Positions 57,328-64,000 of a stretch of 64,000 nt of DNA are shown one piece after another. Below the pieces are notes generated by a model. The model was not told where the DNA came from. It saw only the letters and a program-made list of their open reading frames with translations, and ran no database searches. This stretch comes from Chloroflexota bacterium (lineage in GTDB: Bacteria; Chloroflexota; UBA11872; VXOZ01), in NCBI GenBank assembly GCA_963663275.1, contig OY760183.1, positions 96,001-160,000 on the forward strand, in the 5' to 3' direction. Each line of letters starts with the position of its first letter. Position 1 is the stretch's first letter. Both the position numbers and the translations under genes were made by a program.

Positions 57328-57885
57328 TTAAGTTCCTGCGACCGAAAGGCCAATGCCAAACACTGCGGCGATAATTGCCACGACGATGGCCATTACAACC
57401 CAGCCGATAATCGTGGTCAGGACTGCCTTGCCGGTGCTCACGTCAAGCGCCTGGCGGATGGCGATGAGGCCGGCCAGGAGCACCCACACGAGCAGGGCGA
57501 ACCGCAGCAAGCCGCCAAACACCGGCACGCCGCCAAGCACGCCGGTAACGATAAGCAGCACGTTTGGCGATTGGGCAAAGCCGAGCGTGCGCAGCATTTC
57601 GCCGTATGTGGCGGTGCCGCCGAATACGTTGGCGCCGATGATGTACGTGACGAGCGCCCAGATAAGCCAACCAACGATTGCCACAAGGATACCGCCGATA
57701 AGACCGGTCACGGCGTCGATGGGGCTCAGGGTAAGGAGTTTCCACAAGGCGCCGCCAATGCCGCTGGACAAGGCTACGATGACGACGACCTGCAAGGCCT
57801 GGCTGGTGGCCGAGCGGTCGTGCTCCACCTCCTCGTAGAGACTGGAATCGAGCATGGCGGCGCGGATCATCCGATTGACGAGCAT
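57328..57885 (-). CDS. YIP1-family membrane protein
   Basis: RMIRAAMLD..YEEVEHD..AT.QA; LRTLGFAQSP. Confidence 0.8.
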   Translation of the reverse strand: MLVNRMIRAAMLDSSLYEEVEHDRSATSQALQVVVIVALSSGIGGALWKLLTLSPIDAVTGLIGGILVAIVGWLIWALVTYIIGANVFGGTATYGEMLRTLGFAQSPNVLLIVTGVLGGVPVFGGLLRFALLVWVLLAGLIAIRQALDVSTGKAVLTTIIGWVVMAIVVAIIAAVFGIGLSVAGT

Positions 57886-58184
57886 GGCGTCTTCCTTTCT
57901 GTGTGCGCCCGCGGCTTCCTTTGCGCGCTTATACCCAAAAGGGGGAAACTAATACTTGCATTTCTTACCCAAGAATACCAGATGGTGAAAGAAAGTGCAA
58001 GCTCATTCTTGAATTCATTGATAACCCTCGACGTTTGTCCGAATTGTGGGGCTTGCTGCGCGCGGCGGGGGACAAGCCCCCGCGCTACGTTCATGCGATA
58101 GCTTCTGGTTGGTAGGTTCGGTAGCCGCCGCGCGCAGCCGCCAACGCCGCGTTATCCGCCCGCGGCGCATCCGCGCCATGCGCA

Positions 58185-58757
58185 TCACGCGCTATCGAGC
58201 TGGAACGTCTCGGGGAAGAATGTGAGCGTCACGATTAAGCTCACCACGATCAACACGACAGCGGTAATGAGCGTGATGACGGTCGCTTTGCCCGTGGTGA
58301 TGCCCAGCGTTTGCCTGGTGGCGATGACGCTGACGATCAGCGTCCACAACGCCACCGCCAAGCCGAGCAGCCCAGCGATGGCCGTCCCGGCCGTCGGCAC
58401 GAAGGCCAGGGGCACGGAGAGTATGATGAGCACCGAGGGCGACTGAGCAAAGGCGAGATTGCGCAGCACCTCCATGAAACTGGCCGCGCCGCCAAAGACG
58501 CCGGTGCCAATCAGGTAGACCATCACGCACCAGAGCAGCCACGTGACCACGGCGGTGGCGGCGCTGGTCAGCACGTTGTTCGGGACGTCCGCCTCCTCCA
58601 GCGTGTTGAGCGCCTGCGCGCCGCTGGCCAGGGCGCTGGCGGCGGTGGTGATGACGATCACCTGCACCGCCTGGCCCAAAGCGCCCCGGTCTTCCTTGAT
58701 TTCGTCGAAGACCAGCGGATCGAGCATGGCGGCGCGGAACATGCGATCGAAGAGCAT
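58185..58757 (-). CDS. YIP1-family membrane protein (tandem paralog)
   Basis: RMFRAAMLD..FDEIKED; LRNLAFAQSP; RBS AAGGAG. Confidence 0.8.
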   Translation of the reverse strand: MLFDRMFRAAMLDPLVFDEIKEDRGALGQAVQVIVITTAASALASGAQALNTLEEADVPNNVLTSAATAVVTWLLWCVMVYLIGTGVFGGAASFMEVLRNLAFAQSPSVLIILSVPLAFVPTAGTAIAGLLGLAVALWTLIVSVIATRQTLGITTGKATVITLITAVVLIVVSLIVTLTFFPETFQLDSA

Positions 58758-58810
58758 GGCAACTCCTTGGTCTGTCTTCACCCAACTGAAATAACCACCG
58801 CCGCAACGGC

Positions 58811-59191
58811 TCACGCGCTGAGCGGTTCCAGCTTCTCCAGCAGCGCGCCTACCTGTTGGATGCCGTCTTGCACTGAGCCGTCCGTTTGCCAATTCTCATA
58901 GAAGTTCATGTGCAGCGAATTAGCAGACCGAAACAGACTGAAAAACGCGGGGTCTCCCGTCTCGCGGTAGATTCTATCGATAGCTTCGTAGAGGTGGCGA
59001 TGGCTGTCGTGCCGCCAGCCTCGGTGTTGGGCCACGGCTTTCACCGCGTGCGCCGCCGCGCCCCAGGCTTTTTCCGAGGCTTGCAGCCGGTCGCCGCTTG
59101 CGAACTCCGCTTGCGCCTGACGCAGGAATTGGCGGCTGATGCGCCGGTGTTCCGTTACCTTCGAGTCCCGGCCGCTGACTTGCGTAGCCAC
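58811..59191 (-). CDS. PaREP1-family (HEPN-like) protein
   Basis: GDRLQASEKAWGAAAHAVKA...ANSLHMNFYE; probable GTG start after GAGGG. Confidence 0.8.
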   Translation of the reverse strand: MATQVSGRDSKVTEHRRISRQFLRQAQAEFASGDRLQASEKAWGAAAHAVKAVAQHRGWRHDSHRHLYEAIDRIYRETGDPAFFSLFRSANSLHMNFYENWQTDGSVQDGIQQVGALLEKLEPLSA

Positions 59192-59303
59192 GCTGCGCCC
59201 TCTGTTTCCGTCTTGCCGCATTCGTCGTCGATGCGTAATCCAGTGTAGCACGTCTGCTAAGTCAGCGGCGGCGCGCCGTTGGTGTCCCCGCCACACCACT
59301 AAC

Positions 59304-59471
59304 CCGTAGCGCGGGGGCTTGTCCCCCGCCAGGTGGGGCAAACGTCAAGCATCGACGTAGCACCGGGGCTTGTCCCCCGCCAGGTGGGGCAAACGTCAAC
59401 CATCCACGTAGCGCGGGGGCTTGTCCCCCGCACCGTTGCCGCCATTCACCCGTAGCCCGGGGGCCTGTCCT
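59304..59471. repeat. Tandem GTAG-REP array (~52-bp units)
   Basis: GTAGCGCGGGGGCTTGTCCCCCGCCAGGTGGGGCAAACGTCAA repeated. Confidence 0.85.
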
Positions 59472-59675
59472 CAATGCCGTGGCCTAGAACTGGTGAGCAC
59501 GGTACTATCCGTTCGTGCTGAGCCCGTCGAAGTACGAACGGATAGTACCGTGCGCCGTAACCGACCCGCCGTTCACCTTTCGACAAGCTCAAGGCGAACG
59601 GCTGTGTGCATGCTCATCCATTCCTCAATATTCGGAGGGCGGCGTCATGCAGACCAATGCAACGCGACACCTTTG
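59472..59675. mobile_element. S3 element with family-D cargo inserted in a GTAG-REP
   Basis: CAATGCCGTGGCCTA ... AACGCGACACCTTTG; flanks GGGCCTGTCCT/GCGCTTGTCCC. Confidence 0.7.
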
Positions 59676-59907
59676 GCGCTTGTCCCCCGCATCCTCGCCG
59701 CGCCGGCATTCCTCCGGCAAACCGGCCCGCTTGCTGTATACTGAAATGAACCGCGCGCCTTGTCAATGTGCCGCGCGGCGGCGCGCGCCGCGTTGCGCGC
59801 CTTGACATCCGCATCGCCGCGCCGCAGCATAGCACCTAACGAACCGCAGCGCGCCCGTACCGACCGGGCGCGTACGAGAATCCCCCATCGAGAGGAGCCA
59901 GATCGCC

Positions 59908-60747
59908 ATGAGCATTGCCGTTTCAGCCCCCCAGCGACTGCCCGTAGACGACGTGGACTTCTTCAACGAGCACGGCTACCTGCGCCTGAAGCAGGTGTAC
60001 GACCCCCAAGAGGTCGCCGCCCTCAGCGAGGAACTCGACCACATCATCCAGCACTTCGCCACCCACGGCAAGGGCTGGACCGGCCCTTGGCGCAAGCAAC
60101 TGATGGAAAGCGACGTGGAGACCAAGAGCCTCCTGGTCACCATCCACGAACTCCAGAGCTACAGCGAGGCCTGGGCGCGGGCGTTGGTGAACGAGCGCCT
60201 GGTGCGGTCAATCGCCGACATCATCGGCCCGGACCTGGAGTTCCACCACAGCACCCTGCACGCCAAAGGCCCGGATACCGGCACGCCTTTTCCAATGCAC
60301 CAGGACTATCCCTTCTACCCCCACCAGGACGGGCGCTATATCGACGCGATCGTGCACGTGGACGGCGCCGACGAGACGAGCGGCTGCCTGAAGTTCCTGG
60401 ACGGCAGCCACACCCTGGGGCCGCTGGAACACAGCCGCGAGGGCTCGCCGCACCTCGATCAGAACGTCTACCGCCTGCAAGACGCCGTCTCCGTGCCGGC
60501 GGAGCCGGGCGACGTGGTGCTCTTCAGCATCTGGACCATCCACGGCTCGGCGCTCAACGAACAGCCCCGCTGGCGGCGCGTAGTCCGCTTCGGCTACCGC
60601 AATCCCCGCAATCTCCAGGTCAGCGGCCAGGCCATGGGCCGCCCCGGCATCATGGTCCAAAGCGTCCGCCCCAAGCTGGAAAACCAGACCATAGAGGTCT
60701 ACGGCAACTGGGGCCCGCAAGCGGTGGCGCCGAGAGATGACGACTAA
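59908..60747 (+). CDS. Phytanoyl-CoA dioxygenase (PhyH) family Fe(II)/2OG oxygenase
   Basis: HQD...GCL..L.GSH...IHGS..N...R; RBS GAGGAG. Confidence 0.92.
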   Translation: MSIAVSAPQRLPVDDVDFFNEHGYLRLKQVYDPQEVAALSEELDHIIQHFATHGKGWTGPWRKQLMESDVETKSLLVTIHELQSYSEAWARALVNERLVRSIADIIGPDLEFHHSTLHAKGPDTGTPFPMHQDYPFYPHQDGRYIDAIVHVDGADETSGCLKFLDGSHTLGPLEHSREGSPHLDQNVYRLQDAVSVPAEPGDVVLFSIWTIHGSALNEQPRWRRVVRFGYRNPRNLQVSGQAMGRPGIMVQSVRPKLENQTIEVYGNWGPQAVAPRDDD

Positions 60748-60833
60748 GGAGCGTCTTCAATTCGGAAGCCTAACTCATTCTGTGGAGTGTTGAAGTAGCC
60801 GGCAACGTGTCGTCGCATACGTAGGAGGCTGCA

Positions 60834-63065
60834 ATGGGCCAGCACGCAATCCGAGTCGCGCAGTTGATTGCGCTCAGTCTTGCACTCTTGTTCGTAGGCG
60901 CTTGCGCGGGACCAAGGCCTGGCCTGGAGTGGCAACTGCTCTGGGACTACGAGATGGGAGCGCCGATTTACACTACCCCGATAGAAGATCGTGGCACGAT
61001 CTTCTTCGGCACTGATGACAAGCATGTCTACGCCGTGGACGCAGGTACAGGAGAAGTTCGTTGGCGCTATCGAACCGGAGACATAGTGCGGACTTCGCCA
61101 ACGGTATCCGACGGGGTGGCTTATGTCGGCTCACAAGACGGCAATCTCTATGCGCTGGATGCAGACACTGGAGAATTGCGCTGGCGTTACCAGACCAAAG
61201 TATACGTTTGGTCTACGCTCGCGGTGGCTGACGGTCTGGTTCTTGGCGCTTCACATCCTTCACTGCTGGACGGGCAGTTATTTGCGTTGAACGCTGAGAC
61301 CGGTTCGCTTCTCTGGCAATTAGGGATAAGGCGCGTAGGGACTTCCGCTCCAGCGGTAGTTGACGGTGTGATCTACATTGCCTCACGTAACAATCATCTG
61401 TATGCCTTGGACTCTAGTTCGGGAGAGGCGCGTTGGAGCTACAAGGCAGAAGGCCGTATTGGCTTTCCTCCAACTGTGAAAGAGGGAAACGTCTATCTTT
61501 CTTCCGATGAAGACGTGTCTGCGCTCGATGCTAGAACGGGAGAACTGCTTTGGAGCCACGAATCCTACTCAGGCTCACTCTTCCCTCCGGTGGTGAAAGG
61601 GGACTACATATACTTGACTTCACACAGGGACGTATCCGCGTTGAATGCCCGGACCGGCGAGTTGCATTGGAGTCGCGAAGTAGACAACATCAGATACTAC
61701 TCCCGGACGTTGGTAGAAGACCTCGTTTACCTTTCTACCGAAGAAGAGGTAGTTGCAATTGACCCTGGTACTGGCGAACTGCATTGGCGCTACCCGACTG
61801 GACAGGTGGAATACCTATCTGCAGCCGACGACGTGCTTTACGCACTGAAACGTTACGACGATGTCTTTGCGCTAGATGCCGGCACTGGGGAACTGCGGTG
61901 GGGATATGAGTCGGGACAGGTCCACAATTCCTCGCCTCTAGTAGCTGATGGCTGGCTGTACTTACCCACGAACAATGGCAGCCTCCAAGCGGTCAACGCA
62001 CGCATTGGCGAACGTGGCTGGACCTTTCAAGTCGGCGCAGGAGTTAAGCGCTCTCCCCATGAGGAAGACAGCGTCGTATACTTCAGATCGAATCACGGCT
62101 ATGTCTACGCGCTGGATGCCCGGACAGGAGAGTATTACTGGCGATTCGGCGAGGATGACTATGACTACTACTACTCAGATAACCCGGTAGAGTCAGATGG
62201 CGTTGTCTACGTCGGTGCACGTGGGCCCGAATCCAGTGATCGGATTTATGCGCTGGACGCTACAGCAGGAGAGGTCGTTTGGCGAGTAGATCTAGAGGAC
62301 GAAATCCGATCCGTGCCAATGGTGGTCGATAGCAGAGTCTACATTGCCACCGCGAATGTCGTTTACGCCCTGGATTCCGCGTCCGGCGATGCCCTATGGA
62401 TCTTTCACCAAACAGAAGGCGGCGACTTCAATTCGGCATTCATTGCGGGCGGCAGCGACGTATACGTCAGCAGTAGGCAAGGCCGCGTGTTTGCGCTGAA
62501 TGCGATCACCGGCGAGGTCAATTGGGAAGGCCTCATCGACCAGTACTCATCGGTTGCATTTGGTAATGGCGCCGTCTATGCCAATGCATACCCAGGTCTC
62601 GTCACGGCCCTCGATGCGGAAACTGGCGCATTGCTCTGGAAGATCCAATTGCCAGATCACTTGCGCATTGCTGATGCCGGAAGTGGATACGCGCGCGGTC
62701 TTTCCTCTCCACTTCTGAGTTCTGTAGCATCACGCGGGTCGCTGACCCGACCAGTCGTTGGGTACGGCCTGGTCTATGTAGGATCAGACTACGACATTGT
62801 CTACGCTCTCGATGCGGCTAGCGGAGAACCGCGTTGGCAATTTCAAACAGGAGATGAAATCCGATTTCCCCCTGCGCTTTCGGATGGAGTCTTATACGTG
62901 GCTTCCGGTGACGGTTATGTCTATGGCTTGGATGCTGTCACGGGAAGTCCCATCTGGCACTATCAAGTGGGAGCATGGGTTACCGCAATTGTGCCCAAAG
63001 ATGAAGTGGTCTTTGTGAACAGAGGCGGTGAACGACTGTTCGCGCTGATAGAGCCGGACAGCTAA
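60834..63065 (+). CDS. PQQ-like beta-propeller repeat (lipo)protein
   Basis: Many (Y)ALDAxTGExxW repeats; signal peptide with VGAC lipobox; visibly lower GC than flanks. Confidence 0.9.
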   Translation: MGQHAIRVAQLIALSLALLFVGACAGPRPGLEWQLLWDYEMGAPIYTTPIEDRGTIFFGTDDKHVYAVDAGTGEVRWRYRTGDIVRTSPTVSDGVAYVGSQDGNLYALDADTGELRWRYQTKVYVWSTLAVADGLVLGASHPSLLDGQLFALNAETGSLLWQLGIRRVGTSAPAVVDGVIYIASRNNHLYALDSSSGEARWSYKAEGRIGFPPTVKEGNVYLSSDEDVSALDARTGELLWSHESYSGSLFPPVVKGDYIYLTSHRDVSALNARTGELHWSREVDNIRYYSRTLVEDLVYLSTEEEVVAIDPGTGELHWRYPTGQVEYLSAADDVLYALKRYDDVFALDAGTGELRWGYESGQVHNSSPLVADGWLYLPTNNGSLQAVNARIGERGWTFQVGAGVKRSPHEEDSVVYFRSNHGYVYALDARTGEYYWRFGEDDYDYYYSDNPVESDGVVYVGARGPESSDRIYALDATAGEVVWRVDLEDEIRSVPMVVDSRVYIATANVVYALDSASGDALWIFHQTEGGDFNSAFIAGGSDVYVSSRQGRVFALNAITGEVNWEGLIDQYSSVAFGNGAVYANAYPGLVTALDAETGALLWKIQLPDHLRIADAGSGYARGLSSPLLSSVASRGSLTRPVVGYGLVYVGSDYDIVYALDAASGEPRWQFQTGDEIRFPPALSDGVLYVASGDGYVYGLDAVTGSPIWHYQVGAWVTAIVPKDEVVFVNRGGERLFALIEPDS

Positions 63066-63250
63066 CGAGAGAGCAAGGTCGCTGCTGGTCAGGCTTGGTC
63101 ATAAAACTCCCGTTCTGTAGCGGTCAGTGTTTTCCGGTGTGCTCAGTACGAAAGGGAAACCGCCCCGCCGCCGGATTTTGGGGGAACCGGAGCGGCGGCT
63201 TGGGGTTGTTCGGGGGCCGCGGCGGCGTGCGGGAGAAGTGGCACTTGCAA

Positions 63251-63925
63251 ATGACCGAGGCGTTGAAAGACGTTGACAACGCGCGGGCCGCGCCAGCAGA
63301 GACGCCGTATCCGGTACGGTTTTCGATAGAGTACAGCGCCTCCAGCAACCGGCTTACGGTGTTGTTGCGGCCGTTGCTGGTGATTCCGGTGCTGCTAATC
63401 ATGCAGTTGATTACCGGCGACCTCTGGAACACGCTGGACCCGTCGGCGGACGTGGTGAAAGCCATGCTGCCGTTCGTGGGCATGTTGTGGCTGGCGCCGC
63501 TGCTGATGATCGTCTTCCGCCGGAAGTACCCGCTGTGGTGCTTCGATTCGTACCTGGAACTCTATCGGTTCAGCGCCAGGGTGCTCGTCTACCTGCTGCT
63601 GTTGCGCGACGAGTATCCCTCGCTGGACGAAGAGCAGGCCGTGCGCCTCCGGATCGAGTACCCGGACGCCGCGGGCGAACTGCGGCGGTTTCTGCCCCTG
63701 GTCAAGTGGCTGTTGGCGCTGCCGCACCTGGCCGTGCTGACCGTTCTCGGCATCGCGGCAATGCTTGCGACCGTCATCGCCTGGTTCGCGATCATGGCCG
63801 TGGGACGGTATCCGAAGCGGCTCTTCACCTTCGTCGAAGGGTCGCTGCGCTGGGGCTTGCGGGTCTATTGCTACGCCTTCATGCTCACCACCGACCGGTA
63901 TCCGCCGTTTCGTTTCAGCCCGTAG
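63251..63925 (+). CDS. DUF4389 domain-containing membrane protein
   Basis: Two repeats of R..L.IP...F..KYP..F.....R...RV..Y..L..D.YP. Confidence 0.85.
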   Translation: MTEALKDVDNARAAPAETPYPVRFSIEYSASSNRLTVLLRPLLVIPVLLIMQLITGDLWNTLDPSADVVKAMLPFVGMLWLAPLLMIVFRRKYPLWCFDSYLELYRFSARVLVYLLLLRDEYPSLDEEQAVRLRIEYPDAAGELRRFLPLVKWLLALPHLAVLTVLGIAAMLATVIAWFAIMAVGRYPKRLFTFVEGSLRWGLRVYCYAFMLTTDRYPPFRFSP

Positions 63926-64000
63926 GGGACTTTGCAAAACCCCTTGCACATCGAGGGCTGACAAGCGTATGAAAGTGTCATTCCGAGCGGAGCGAGGAAT
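63926..64000. mobile_element. Start of another nested S1>S2>family-B element (truncated by window edge)
   Basis: CGTAG|GGGACTTTGCAAAACC ... ATCGA|GGGCTGACAAGCGTATG ... TGTCATTCCGAGCGG. Confidence 0.65.

Overview
High-GC bacterial chromosomal window. Gene content and protein families suggest Chloroflexota, possibly a Dehalococcoidia-like or host-associated lineage; this is inference, not a placed taxonomy. About 50 CDS: housekeeping genes (ilvD, cysK, tgt, groEL, hflX, pstSCAB with a frameshifted pstC, proB, plsY, ggt, fabI), a betaine/dimethylglycine/sarcosine demethylation set, a DUF3604-GNAT-aminotransferase-amidohydrolase run of unknown function, and two secreted proteins sharing an N-terminal domain. 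I found no rRNA, tRNA, CRISPR array, transposase or integrase. The most striking feature is intergenic: many spacers hold palindromic repeats of at least four families (GTAG-REPs; CCCTCTCCC/CCCTCACCC 'A'; GTCATTCC..GGAATGAC 'B'; CCGTTCG..TCGAAG 'D'). Many of these sit inside four kinds of small non-autonomous TIR-bounded shells (S1-S4), each with its own target-site-duplication length. The shells insert into each other's hairpins, giving nested Russian-doll elements, and one hairpin lies in frame inside an ABC transporter. There is also a five-unit, exactly 21-bp-phased repeat array upstream of the groEL promoter. Alignments and counts were done by eye. Most start codons were re-picked from RBS-like motifs and may be off by a few codons.
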